Shown here piece after piece: positions 1-11,082 of a stretch of DNA of 64,000 nt (positions within the stretch are counted from its first letter, which is position 1; each line of letters opens with the position of its first letter). A program made the translations under genes and the position numbers. The stretch is from Armatimonadota bacterium (GTDB lineage: Bacteria > Armatimonadota > SYMT01): NCBI GenBank assembly GCA_041690135.1, contig JAWLHY010000006.1, forward strand, positions 294,337 through 358,336, in the 5' to 3' direction. The notes beneath the pieces are model-generated. The model did not search any database, was not told the origin of the DNA, and saw only the letters and a list, made by a program, of their open reading frames with translations.

Positions 1-855
<855 letters not shown>

Positions 856-874
856 CCAAACCTATCGTCTGCTC

Positions 875-904
875 AGTCTATCACGGCGATGGGGTGCATG
901 CGAA
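875..904 (-). promoter_or_regulatory. Putative sigma-70 promoter of the pyr operon
   Basis: TTCGCA-18 bp-TAGACT, about 20 nt upstream of the PyrR binding loop. Confidence 0.4.
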
Positions 905-2113
905 GGGTTCGTGCTGCAATTGCGTGCCTTGATTTCGACACAGAGGGGCACAGAGGAGGCCGAGAAGGAACACAGAATTCGGAACCGGGATGGACACGGA
1001 GGACACGGATCGGACGGATGGGCACGGACGACTGCGGTTGGGGTGGTCTCTCGCAAATCCATCACCCGCACACGGGTACCCGACCCGAACCGGGGGCGCA
1101 AAGATACCCAAAGGACTATAAAGGGAGCGAAGGGTGCGGACCTGGTTTAGGAACAGCTTGCAGGGGTTTCATGGTGCGCGTGGGAGCCGGTTTGGGAATC
1201 TCGCAGAACACGGAACGGGAGGAAAAGGTAGCACAGGGCCTCGTGCCCGTTGGTTACGGTACGCACAGACGATAGTGGTGGTGCCGCCTAATGACGGGGA
1301 GCCCGTGATGGTTGCGGAGGACGCCTGACGGGTAGCGGTGCTCTATCCGGCGGCGGAGCACACCCAGTTGCGCGGTGGATTGGGGAACGCAGAGGGCGCA
1401 GAGAGTGTGAAGCGCGCAAAGGGGGACAAGGACGGGATGGGTGCGGGAGTGGAGGGGAGTTCGTTTCGCAACTTCTGTGTTGCATACCTTCCGCCGAAAT
1501 CCGCCGATCTTTCCCGGCACCCGCGCCGCGAGGGTGAGTTCGTTTCGCAGCTATCGAGTACGGAAGGCTGTAGGGGAGCGGTCGCTGTCCCTTCCCCAGA
1601 GCGTGTTCACGCACCCGTCGTCCAACCGTGAGGGAGGGTCGGCCACCCCGCGGCTGACGAAAAGTCCGCTGACTGGGTAAGGGCTTCCGCCCTTTCGGCC
1701 CCCTCCCCCAATCCTGGGGGTGACTGCACCCCACGACGCTGGCCGCTCCACCCGAAGCCGGACGGGAATCCGGACGAGCTTTCCGGTTTGCCCGCGGCGC
1801 ATGCGTCCGTATGGAAACACGCGGAATGGCGCGGAAGAAGGAAGGAACGTGAAGATTGGCCCACTCCGTGTGTGGGGAAAGTTCCGCCACCCCGCGGGTG
1901 GCAAAAGTTCCGGCTTCCGGGTTCCGCCACTTCGCAGGAGGCAAAACCTTCGAGGCTCGACTGCCCACTGCCCACTGCCCACTGCCTTCTGGGATTGCCC
2001 GGTAACCAGTTTACCAGGAGATCGAAGGCAATACAAATACATGTTTGATATTCTTTGGTGGGCGGGCCGGGCGGCGAGGGTTGGATGGTGCGGGTTCGCG
2101 AAGTACGGACGGT

Positions 2114-2250
2114 GGCGCGCTGGAGAGCCGGGATACGCTGAACAGCGAGAAGAGGCCGACGACGCTTACCGTCCCCCTTACCCGCAGAGCGCATTTCCGG
2201 ACGCTGAGAGAGGTGGTAGGAAATGTACCCACTGGTAGCTACGAATTCTC
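2114..2250 (+). pseudogene. Degenerate partial duplicate of the 5' end of the beta-helix gene at 4043
   Basis: 2114-2146 matches 4103-4135 at 31/33 nt (ESRDTLNS). It is followed by PTTLTVP...AHFRTLRE, versus PTLTVSP...AQFRTLGD in the intact gene. Confidence 0.7.
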
Positions 2251-2330
2251 CCGTCTATGACCCCAGGCAGCCGCAACTTTGGGCGCCATACCCCGTTAGG
2301 CAAGCAGAGTAGAGCCCTGGGGGAGGCGCC

Positions 2331-3581
2331 ATGCGAGCAACCGGCTACACAGGATTCGTCGCCATCGCCCTCGTGTTGACGGCGGCTGCCGCTCCGGCCC
2401 AGGAGAGATCCAGGACAGAGCCTCGGTCATCGGTCTACCGGCAGCTCTTCCCTCGTCCCACCGGCAAGAACGGCTATGAGGAGTTGATCCTGGCAGGCGA
2501 GACCGCCCGTGCGAGTAAGCTCTACCTCCGGGCCGAGGGTGCCTTGCCCACGGATCCGGAAGGGCGGAGCCTCGCCTTCAAGCGTCGAGTGCTGAAGGAC
2601 CCCCCGGTAGTGAAAGCGCTCGCGCTGATCCGACAAGGATTGGCGAAATCGATCTTCCCATCGCGAAGGACGGCAGGCTCGGATACCGGCATCCAGCAGA
2701 TGCGCCCACTGCACACCGTGCGGCGGCTGCTGGCCCTACAGCAGTACGTGCTGCTGGCGGACGGGCACGTCTCGGAGGCGATTCTCGTGGCGCGGCAGGG
2801 ACTGCGTATCGGGCAGGTCCTCTACACGGACCCGCAGATCACGGGACTGCTGGGAATCAACATCGCCACGGGTTCTCTTCGCACCCTCGCCAGCCACCTG
2901 GACCAGCTCTCCGCACGGGATTGCGAACAGCTCTTCCAGGTCTGTGTGGAGTGGCTCCGGCAACCAGATCCACAAGTCGGCGAGATGGCCGAAGCACGGC
3001 GGTTCCAGCGGACCTATGTAATGTCAGTCCGCGAGAAGCTCACCCAAGGGGGCCTGGCAGCGCTCAATGAACTCCAGGTGTACGACGAGGAGATTCCGGA
3101 CGAGGTGGAAAGCGCCCTGGCAGGTTCCCCGCGGGTGTTGGATGAGTTGTACCGGCAGGTAGAGCAGCGTCTCGACCAGATCTACGCTCACAACCTGGCG
3201 CAGTTCAGCAAACCGCCCTGGGAACGAAACTGGGATTTCCCCCCGGACGATGGTAGTCCTGCAGCGCAACTCGTTGCCCTGATCCATTCACCCTACGAGG
3301 AGTTATCCGACGCCTACACCCGGGGCAGTGCCTCCATCCAATTGTTCGCCTGTCACTGCGCCGTCCTCCGCCATCGCTGGGAGCACCACCGGGTTCCAGC
3401 CAGTCTTACAGAGTTGCAACTGGGGAGGTTAACCGTTGATCCGTTCACGGGAGAGCCCTTCCCCTATGAGACCCAAGGCAGGAGCTATCGTCTCACGAGC
3501 GCCGGACCTACCGCCGACGAAGATGACCCCAAGGCGGTAAATGGTCGCGTTCCATTCACCATCGTGCCTGGAGACTCATGA
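2331..3581 (+). CDS. Secreted alpha-helical hypothetical protein with GspG-like C-terminal motif
   Basis: GGAGG RBS and signal peptide (AAAPA). The C-terminus PASLTEL...DPFTGEPFPY...YRLTSAGP resembles pseudopilin GspG C-terminal segments. Confidence 0.75.
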   Translation: MRATGYTGFVAIALVLTAAAAPAQERSRTEPRSSVYRQLFPRPTGKNGYEELILAGETARASKLYLRAEGALPTDPEGRSLAFKRRVLKDPPVVKALALIRQGLAKSIFPSRRTAGSDTGIQQMRPLHTVRRLLALQQYVLLADGHVSEAILVARQGLRIGQVLYTDPQITGLLGINIATGSLRTLASHLDQLSARDCEQLFQVCVEWLRQPDPQVGEMAEARRFQRTYVMSVREKLTQGGLAALNELQVYDEEIPDEVESALAGSPRVLDELYRQVEQRLDQIYAHNLAQFSKPPWERNWDFPPDDGSPAAQLVALIHSPYEELSDAYTRGSASIQLFACHCAVLRHRWEHHRVPASLTELQLGRLTVDPFTGEPFPYETQGRSYRLTSAGPTADEDDPKAVNGRVPFTIVPGDS

Positions 3582-3937
3582 AATTGCGAAGGCATGAGCT
3601 GCGAGTCACTCATGCGCTGCTTCAGAGGGTTACCCGACGCCCCGCTCACGGGTCCGGCGCACCATGCTTTTGGACGCTCCGACCGACCATTGAGGAGCCG
3701 CGGACCTATCCGTGCGGTCAGTACCTCCAGTGGCTTCTGCAAGCCCGAGCGGCGCTCCGTCGGCCTTGGTGACAGGTGCAGGGAAGGATGGATGATGGCA
3801 AAAGGATGAAGGATGAATTACAAAGCCCGCTGTGGAGGTGAGGCTGATACGCCGGAGTACCAGCGTGCTCCGCATCGGCGGTGCGCTAGAGGTGGTGCTT
3901 GACGGCTAGGGGTCTGCCAAGCAATCACCGCTACAGT

Positions 3938-3992
3938 TGGGCGAGTGAACTCGCGGCTACATAAGGCGAAGCCGACCTACGTCGGCTGGGAA
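3938..3992 (-). repeat. REP-like double-hairpin element (GTAG-type), copy 1
   Basis: Reverse complement is 53/55 identical to 15344-15398. Contains GTAG followed by the palindrome GCGAGTTCACTCGC, plus AGCCGACGTAGGTCGGCT. Confidence 0.8.
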
Positions 3993-4042
3993 CGATATAG
4001 CGGTTATTCCTTGGCGTTTCCAAAGTGATTTGAGGAGTGGCG

Positions 4043-5923
4043 ATGAGGGGTCTTCCAATCCTGGCCGCGATGGCGGTGCTGTTCCTGGCCGGTGCCTCCG
4101 CGGGCGCGCCGGAAAGCCGGGATACGCTGAACAGCATCCGCGGGAAGAAGAAGCCGCCGGCGATACCCGCCGCGAAGGGGGCTCGTCCTCGTCCGACCGC
4201 CCAGGCGCCGGTCCGGAAGCCGGCGCCGGCGCCGGTCCGCCGCGCCACGACGCCGAAGAAGGCGACACCCAAGCCGCCACCCACGCTCACCGTCTCCCCT
4301 CTCGGGGGCGCGCAGTTCCGGACGCTGGGCGATGCGCTGAAGAAGGCGCCCGCCGGAGCCCGGATCGTGGTGCGCGGGGGGCTGTACCGGGAGAGCCTGG
4401 TCCTGGCGCGGCCGGTGGAGATCCTGCCTGCGGGAGCCACGGAGGAGATCATCGTGGAGAGCGCCGGGCGGCCCTGCCTGACGATGCAGACAGACCAGGC
4501 GCGCGTGCGGGGGCTTACCCTCCGGTTGAAAGCGGGAGACGAGACGACGGAGTACGCAGTCGAAATCCCGAAGGGGCGGCTGATAATGGAGGCGTGTGAG
4601 GTCGCCTCCGGGTTGAAGGCGGCCGTGCACGTCCATGGTCAGGGGGCGGACCCCTTCCTTCGCAAGTGCCGGATCCGGCAGAGCGGGCAGGACGGTGTGC
4701 TGGTGACGGACGGCGCGCGGGTGACGCTGGACGAGTGCGAGATCTTCGGCAACGGCGGGCACGGGGTGTCCGCGCTCCGGGGCGCGAAGCCTTCGCTGCG
4801 GGGCTGCAAGGTGCGGGAGAACCGGGGCGACGGACTGCGGTTCGCGGAAAGGTCCGAGGGCGCGGCGGAAGATTGCAAGGTGTTCGGCAACGGCGCGGAG
4901 GGAATCTCCCTCCTGCAGGGCAGCAACCCGATTTTGCGGAGGGTCCAGGCTTACCGCAACCGCGGGACCGGTGTGTTCGTAGGTGGGGACAGCCAGGGCA
5001 CGCTGGAGCGGTGCGACCTGCGGGAAAACGGCAACTGGGGATTGGCGGTCAATGGCGGCCGGCCGGTGGTGTTCCGCACCCGCATCCACCACAACCCCAA
5101 TGGCGCCCTGTTCTCCCAAAAGAGCCGCGGCAGCATGGATCACTGCGAGTTGGATGCGAACGGCGCGGTCGGCGTGCGGGTGGAGCAGGAGAGTGACCCC
5201 ATCCTCCGCAACTGCCGGGTCCGGGAGACCCGGGGCGGCGGGATCACCTTCCAGGGGAAAGGGACCCGGGGCACCCTGATCGACTGCGAGGTAGCGGGCA
5301 GCGAGGAATGGGAATGCGTGGGCGCCGGCACCGGCAGTGCTCCCGTGCTCCGGCGCTGCCGGATCCGCGGCGGCAAGAAGCACGGGGTGGTGGTCGCCCA
5401 CGGCGCGAACGCCACGCTGGAAGAGTGCGACGTCCACGACAACGCCGGCTCCAACGTCCACCTGGCAAAGGAAGGACAGGCCACCCTGCTGCGCTGCAAG
5501 CTGTACCGCGCGGGCGAGGCCGGCCTGTGGATGATCGACGGCGCCACCGCCCTGGTGGATGGCTGCAGCCTGTATGAAAACGCAGCCGCCGGGATGGTGA
5601 TCCGGCGCCAGGCACGGCCCGTGGTCCGCAACAGCCGCATTTACCAGAACCCGGGCGACGGCCTCCACTTCAGCGAGAACGGAATGGGGACCGTGGAAGG
5701 GTGCGAGGTCTACGCCAACGGTACGTCCGGCGTGGGGATCGTCCGGGGCTCCAACCCCACCCTCCGGAAGTGCCGGATCTACGAGGGCCGCAAAGACGGG
5801 CTGGCGGTGGCGCAGAACGGTCGCGGATTGCTCGAGGAGTGCGAGATCTTCGGCAACGCCGGCCGGAACGTGAACACGTGGGACGGGGGGCAGCCGAAGC
5901 TGGTCAGGTGCCAGGTCGAGTGA
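4043..5923 (+). CDS. Secreted right-handed parallel beta-helix repeat protein (NosD/CASH-like)
   Basis: GAGGAG RBS, signal peptide and Pro/Lys/Ala linker. FRTLGDAL...GLYRE start, then many 23-aa repeats (ECEIFGNGGHGV..., PILRRCRI..G). Confidence 0.9.
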   Translation: MRGLPILAAMAVLFLAGASAGAPESRDTLNSIRGKKKPPAIPAAKGARPRPTAQAPVRKPAPAPVRRATTPKKATPKPPPTLTVSPLGGAQFRTLGDALKKAPAGARIVVRGGLYRESLVLARPVEILPAGATEEIIVESAGRPCLTMQTDQARVRGLTLRLKAGDETTEYAVEIPKGRLIMEACEVASGLKAAVHVHGQGADPFLRKCRIRQSGQDGVLVTDGARVTLDECEIFGNGGHGVSALRGAKPSLRGCKVRENRGDGLRFAERSEGAAEDCKVFGNGAEGISLLQGSNPILRRVQAYRNRGTGVFVGGDSQGTLERCDLRENGNWGLAVNGGRPVVFRTRIHHNPNGALFSQKSRGSMDHCELDANGAVGVRVEQESDPILRNCRVRETRGGGITFQGKGTRGTLIDCEVAGSEEWECVGAGTGSAPVLRRCRIRGGKKHGVVVAHGANATLEECDVHDNAGSNVHLAKEGQATLLRCKLYRAGEAGLWMIDGATALVDGCSLYENAAAGMVIRRQARPVVRNSRIYQNPGDGLHFSENGMGTVEGCEVYANGTSGVGIVRGSNPTLRKCRIYEGRKDGLAVAQNGRGLLEECEIFGNAGRNVNTWDGGQPKLVRCQVE

Positions 5924-6038
5924 GTTGAAAGTTGAAGGTTGGAAGCCCCCCGCGGGGGCCAGGGGTTGGAAGCCCCCCGCGGGGGCCAGGGGTTGGAAGC
6001 CCCCCGCGGGGGCCAGGGGTTGAAAGTTGAAGGTTGGG
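5923..6038 (+). repeat. 3x 27-bp tandem repeat with CCCCCGCGGGGG palindrome, flanked by GTTGAA(A/G) heptamers
   Basis: GGTTGGAAGCCCCCCGCGGGGGCCAGG x3. Related sequence occurs at 30951-31042 and 48580-48939. Confidence 0.9.
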
Positions 6039-6384
6039 GCGAGGTTCCGGATAGCGTCCGCCCTGGGGGCACCCGGCTCTGGCTGCTTCCGGAAGCAGGC
6101 CAGTTGGACCCGCCGGACCTCCTGCGCTTCCGCACTCGCAGACTCCCCAAGCGGCCCTGGGCCAACGGATCGAAGCCCGCTTCGTGCGGCAGGAGGAAGC
6201 GGAAAAAAGCGGAAGCCGCCCGACCCGTACAGCACCCCCGACATCGCTGCTCGTCATTTCGAGATCGCCGGTCCGTGGTCGAAGCGAACCTTCCGGCTCC
6301 AACGGCCCACCAATCGCCTGACGGGAAACAACGGGTTCAGTCGGCGCTCCAAAGTCGGAGCGCCGCCCGCTTGGGAGGTGAGAA

Positions 6385-7581
6385 ATGGTGCAGCCAAGAG
6401 GTCGCCTGGGGGTCCTGATCGCCGGACTGCTCCCCCTCCTATCAGCAGCCGCGACGTCGGAAGCCGCCAGCAAAGGGTCGGGGGGTCCTCACGCGGTGTC
6501 GATTGCCCGACGCCCTCCGCGGGAGGCGCCCCGGACTGCCTGGGAGCAGGAGTTTCCCGGCGCCTCGCGGGTGCGTCTCGTCGCCGCCAGGGGAGGTCGG
6601 GTGCTCCTGCAATCCGGCTACCCCTCCGGACCGGAAGGCGACCAATGGACGTGGCGACTCCACAGCGTGGAACTGGAGAGCGGTAAAGAGCACTGGCGCC
6701 GCGAGGCTTCGGCATGGTTTGCCCCCTTAGTTGATGCGGGGCGTCTCTACCTCCTTCAAACGAGCGCGCTCCTAGCGCTGGATTGGGGGACGGGCCGGAA
6801 GCTGTGGAGCACGCCGGCCAAAGGTGACCTGAGTCACCCGCTCCTGGCCCGGAACGGCCGCGTCTTCTATCGGGAGCGCGGCGGTGCGGTGGTGGCGGCC
6901 GACGGTGCCGGCGGACATCAACTTTGGGGTCTCGCGCCGCCCCGGGAGTTTGCCCGCTTCCATCCACTGGCGATCGCTTCCGACTGCCTCTACCTCCAGA
7001 GGACCGGGGCCGAAGGACACTACCTGGCGGCTCTCGACCCGGCGACCGGAACGGCGGTGCAGGAAGTCCGTCTGGAGCGAGGGGAAGACCTGGATTACGT
7101 CGTTACCGCTCTCCACTGGGCTCCAGAGCAGCGTCGGTTCTTCCTGCAGGAAGTGAAGACCGGCGCGGGCATCGACTTCCGCAGCCTCCGTGCGCTGCGG
7201 CCGGACCTGACGGAGGTGTGGCGGCGGGAGCACCTCGGCAGATTCGCCCTCGCCGAGGGGGTTCTGGTCTGCGAGGCCTGGAAAAACGTCCATAACGAGC
7301 GGCAGGGGCTCATGGCTTTGGACGCGGGCAACGGGCGCGTTCTGTGGGAACGTACGGAGAAGGGGCAGGAGGGGCATAGCGTCATCGGCACTCTGGGAAA
7401 TACCGTCGTAATCGCACAGGAGCACGGAAAGCTGCGCGGTCTTCAGCCCCGAACCGGCCGCGAAGTCTGGTCGCTGTCCGTCCCGTTCACCCACGTCCGG
7501 GCTGCCGGAGATACCCTTCTCGTCTTTTCGGACGGCGAGGCGGGGAAACTCGCCCGCGTTTCCGCCCTTACCAGGCCCTAA
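6385..7581 (+). CDS. PQQ-binding-like beta-propeller repeat protein (BamB-like)
   Basis: Signal peptide and repeated ALDxxTGxxLW motifs (LLALDWGTGRKLWS, MALDAGNGRVLWE). Confidence 0.85.
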   Translation: MVQPRGRLGVLIAGLLPLLSAAATSEAASKGSGGPHAVSIARRPPREAPRTAWEQEFPGASRVRLVAARGGRVLLQSGYPSGPEGDQWTWRLHSVELESGKEHWRREASAWFAPLVDAGRLYLLQTSALLALDWGTGRKLWSTPAKGDLSHPLLARNGRVFYRERGGAVVAADGAGGHQLWGLAPPREFARFHPLAIASDCLYLQRTGAEGHYLAALDPATGTAVQEVRLERGEDLDYVVTALHWAPEQRRFFLQEVKTGAGIDFRSLRALRPDLTEVWRREHLGRFALAEGVLVCEAWKNVHNERQGLMALDAGNGRVLWERTEKGQEGHSVIGTLGNTVVIAQEHGKLRGLQPRTGREVWSLSVPFTHVRAAGDTLLVFSDGEAGKLARVSALTRP

Positions 7582-7779
7582 TGGTGACCTCAGTTCCCTT
7601 GCCCGCGCGTTGCGAACGAGATTGGGAGGCCGCGCATCGCCGTATCCGAACGGACGGGATGCGATCACACCGCCGCCGCGCATGCCGGACTTCCCGGTCC
7701 TGCCGTCCCCCCAATTGACGGGTTCGGCCGGGGTGGGATCCCTCATACGGATCACTCGGTTTCCCACTTACCAACACGC

Positions 7780-7808
7780 TTGACGAGCAGGCTAACCCGA
7801 TATAGGCT
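7780..7808 (+). promoter_or_regulatory. Putative sigma-70 promoter
   Basis: TTGACG-17 bp-TAGGCT, about 45 nt upstream of ATG 7855. Confidence 0.55.
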
Positions 7809-7854
7809 GTACGTACTCTGTCGTTCACCTTCTATCTCCAACCGAGGTTACGCA

Positions 7855-9117
7855 ATGGATCGGCGCTCGTTCCTTCACTCCCCGCATGCCGGGTTGGCAC
7901 CCGCCCTGCTGGTCTCAAGCCTGGGCGCTGTGCCTGCGCAGGCCAGGGAAACACCCGAATCCGTGTTCAGCGTCAAGAACCATGGCGCCAAAGGAACTGG
8001 AAGCGCAGATGACACGGCTGCCATCCAGGCGGCCATCGACGCCGCGAGTGCGGCGGGCGGGGGAATCGTTTTCTTTCCCAAGGGCGCGTACAAAACAACG
8101 GCCGGTCTCCGCTGCTCCGCCCATCACGTTTCGCTGGTGGGGGTGGGGCACGCATCCGCACTCCACCCCACCGGGAATTTTGACACGATCCGTTTTGCCG
8201 GCAAAGGGCACCTGTACGGAAACCGAGTGGAGGATCTGCTGCTTCAGGAGTCTGGAAAAACCGGCGGGCACGGCCTGGTGGGGGACCACGTGGCGCAATT
8301 CCACGCCATGCGCGTCTACGCCGGAACAGGCTGGAATGGCTGGCACTTCCATAACTTCAACAACGTCACCCTGGACCACTGCCGCTTCGAGAACTATCGC
8401 GGTGAATACTACGGTCGCGCCACCGGCGGAGGAGCAGGACCCGGCAAGGGGCGTAGCGACGTGCTCCGCCTGTTCAGCATCGTCTGCGGGGGTGCGCGTA
8501 AAGCCGGGATGATCGGGATCGACATCGACGGCTTCGTGCATACGGTCAACGGCTGGGGAGTGCACTTCGTGAGTATTGGGGCACAAGCTCTCCTGGCGCG
8601 GAACAGCCTGGGTGCCGAAAACCCACCCGCTTTCTTCACGTTCGACGATCTGGAGTGCGATTACCCAGGGATGGAGTGCATCCGCCTGGAAGACGGGATC
8701 CGCTTCTTCTTCAACAACGTGCAGGTGCACGGATCGCAGGGGGCCGCAAACATCTTTGTGGGCAGGAAAGCGCGCAGCGTCTCCTTTACGGGCGGCTTCT
8801 CCACCGGCGCCTGGGATGCCGGAATCTCTATTGGCGGCCATGACGTGGCCCTATCCGCCATGCACTTCAACACCAACAGCGCCGGCGCCCATAGCCGCCA
8901 CCCGGGGATCTTCGTGCGACAGTACGCGCGCGAAGTAACGATTACGGGATGTCGCTCCGGGGGCGAGGCTTCCGCGGGATGGCAGGCGGCAGGATGCCTG
9001 ATCGAGCAGGGTGCAGATGGTTTCGTCGTCACCGGGAATAACTTCCGGCATAATGTACGCGGCATTATCAACGGCGCGGGTTTCGGCCCCAGCCGGGTGG
9101 TGGCCAACAACGTCTGA
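7855..9117 (+). CDS. Tat-exported pectate lyase 3 / GH28-like beta-helix protein
   Basis: MDRRSFL Tat motif and FSVKNHGAKGTGSADDTAAIQAAIDAA...GGIVFFPKGAY, the Pectate_lyase_3 N-terminal signature. Confidence 0.85.
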   Translation: MDRRSFLHSPHAGLAPALLVSSLGAVPAQARETPESVFSVKNHGAKGTGSADDTAAIQAAIDAASAAGGGIVFFPKGAYKTTAGLRCSAHHVSLVGVGHASALHPTGNFDTIRFAGKGHLYGNRVEDLLLQESGKTGGHGLVGDHVAQFHAMRVYAGTGWNGWHFHNFNNVTLDHCRFENYRGEYYGRATGGGAGPGKGRSDVLRLFSIVCGGARKAGMIGIDIDGFVHTVNGWGVHFVSIGAQALLARNSLGAENPPAFFTFDDLECDYPGMECIRLEDGIRFFFNNVQVHGSQGAANIFVGRKARSVSFTGGFSTGAWDAGISIGGHDVALSAMHFNTNSAGAHSRHPGIFVRQYAREVTITGCRSGGEASAGWQAAGCLIEQGADGFVVTGNNFRHNVRGIINGAGFGPSRVVANNV

Positions 9118-9230
9118 GCCTGCCCGCACCAGCGCCCGACGCGGCATTGTTGAACCCAAGGGGCAGTGTAACGGCCCGTGTCCGAAACCCACCTGCAAGA
9201 ACTCTACCAATTTCTGAAAGAGATCGCTCC

Positions 9231-10928
9231 ATGCCGGCAGAGTTGAACGGCGTCATGTTCCAGGGGTTCCACTGGTTCCTGCAGCCCCAGCCGGCGGGCT
9301 TTCCCGGCAGCCAGGGGCGACGCCTCTGGGAGTTCCTGCGGGACGAAGCGGACCATTACCGCCGCATCGGCATCGACGCCGTCTGGATCCCGCCTCCCTA
9401 CAAGCCCGCGGGGAACCGCAGCAACACGGTGGGTTACGATGTCCTGGACCACTACGATCTCGGGGAGTTCACCGTCCACGGCGACCCCGGCCCCGCGACC
9501 AAGTACGGCACGAAGGACCAGCTCCACCAGGCGGTCCGCGCCCTCCACGGGGAGCACCGTGGCCGGCGGATTCAGGTCTACGCGGATGTCGTCCTGAACC
9601 ATAAGACAGGCGGCGCCCTGGACGATTACTGGCACGCCGTCCGCGTGGAGAAGGGAAACCGCAACCACGAACGTCGGGGCACCGGGTTCGAGGAGGGCGA
9701 GATCGAGATCCGCGCCTGGACCCGTTTCGATCACCCGGAACGCGGCGGCGCCCACTCCCGCTTCCAGTGGCGGGCGCGCCATTTCGACAGCGTGGATGCC
9801 GTCGACCGCATTCGCCAGCACGGGGCCGAGTTCAACGACCCGCACGACCGCTACATCTACCGGCTCCTCTTCAACGAGGCGGGTTATGTGCCCCAGGAGA
9901 AGCGGTTTGAGGACTGGACCTCCCTGGAGAAGGGCAATTACGACTACCTGACCGGCTGCGATTTCGACTACCGCCGCCACGACGTGCGGGAGGAGATGAA
10001 GGCCTGGGGCAGTTGGTTGGTCCGGGAGCTGGACCTGGACGGGGTGCGTCTCGATGCGGTGAAGCACATCAGCGCGGACTACCTCCGGGAGTGGCTGGGT
10101 CACGTCCGCTGGACTTCCGGCCGGCCCCTCTTCGCGGTGGCCGAGTACATCGCCGGCGGTACCGAAGAGCTCCACGGTTACCACAGCCGCGTCTCGGCCC
10201 ATGGCGAACACCCGCAGCCGGTCACCCTGTTCGATTTTCCGCTCCGGTTCAAGTTCGGGGACGCGAGCCGGCTGGGCGACCGCTACGACCTGCGAGAGCT
10301 GGACCGCGGCACGCTGATGGCGGAACAGCCGGCCCTGGCGGTCACCTTCGTGGAGAATCACGACTACGAGCATGGTCGAGAGAAGGACCCGCCCACCCAC
10401 GTCCGCGAGTGGTTCAAACCGCTCGCCTACGCCTACATCCTGCTGCGCCGGAACGGCTACCCCTGCGTCTTCTTCCCCGATTATTACGGCTCGGAGGACT
10501 GGGTCGAGCCGGACGGCGAGCTCTGGCACCGCGCGCAGAGGCCCGGCCGGGAGTACCTGGACCTCCTGCTCAAACTCCGCCGCCAGTTCGCCCTCGGCGA
10601 AGAGCGCTACTACGCGGACCGGAATGCCGCGGGATGGGTGCGGATGGGCTTCGTCCCCGGCGCGAAGAGCGCGATGTCCGTGGTGATCAACACCGCGCAC
10701 GATGCGGTGAAGTCGATACACATGAACACCGGCCGTTTCCACAAGCGCTTCTACCACCTCGCCACTATCCGCTGGACAGAGGGCGGCTTCCTGGTCGTCC
10801 GCAACCGCTACGACCGGTACGGGGACAAAGCGGAAGGTCTCACCACGGACGGAAACGGCTGGGCCGAATTCCCGGCCGACGGCGGCAGCGCGGCCATCTG
10901 GATCGAGGAGGGTGTCGGCCTGGACTGA
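9231..10928 (+). CDS. Alpha-amylase, GH13 (liquefying AmyS-like, no signal peptide)
   Basis: NGVMFQGFHW, AVWIPPPYK, GYDVLDHYDLGEF, TKYGTK, YADVVLNH, DGVRLDAVKHI, VAEY, TFVENHD and GYPCVF motifs. Confidence 0.93.
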   Translation: MPAELNGVMFQGFHWFLQPQPAGFPGSQGRRLWEFLRDEADHYRRIGIDAVWIPPPYKPAGNRSNTVGYDVLDHYDLGEFTVHGDPGPATKYGTKDQLHQAVRALHGEHRGRRIQVYADVVLNHKTGGALDDYWHAVRVEKGNRNHERRGTGFEEGEIEIRAWTRFDHPERGGAHSRFQWRARHFDSVDAVDRIRQHGAEFNDPHDRYIYRLLFNEAGYVPQEKRFEDWTSLEKGNYDYLTGCDFDYRRHDVREEMKAWGSWLVRELDLDGVRLDAVKHISADYLREWLGHVRWTSGRPLFAVAEYIAGGTEELHGYHSRVSAHGEHPQPVTLFDFPLRFKFGDASRLGDRYDLRELDRGTLMAEQPALAVTFVENHDYEHGREKDPPTHVREWFKPLAYAYILLRRNGYPCVFFPDYYGSEDWVEPDGELWHRAQRPGREYLDLLLKLRRQFALGEERYYADRNAAGWVRMGFVPGAKSAMSVVINTAHDAVKSIHMNTGRFHKRFYHLATIRWTEGGFLVVRNRYDRYGDKAEGLTTDGNGWAEFPADGGSAAIWIEEGVGLD

Positions 10929-11082
10929 CCGGCAATCACCAGAAAGTTGGACGCACGGGAGAGGAACCGGGCAGCGGCGCTTCTTCTCTCCGTGCTCTCT
11001 GTGGTCGCCGTGGCGCCGCAGTCGACCTACGGCACCGTTGCTACCCTCCGGGACAAAGGGTGAGACGCAACCAGGGCCGGTG

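Noticed and set aside
5923-6038. Possible CRISPR array (27-bp palindromic repeats)
   Set aside because: Repeats are directly tandem with no unique spacers, and there are no cas genes in the window.
4004-6244. 746-aa minus-strand ORF and similar long antisense ORFs (e.g. 9204-11213, 15446-17179, 43503-44861, 51985-53385)
   Set aside because: Shadow ORFs opposite well-supported genes, expected in high-GC DNA, with no recognisable motifs.
6040-6340. Possible degraded gene between the repeat and the PQQ-propeller gene
   Set aside because: Short coding-like patches in shifting frames but no identifiable family, so it cannot be supported.
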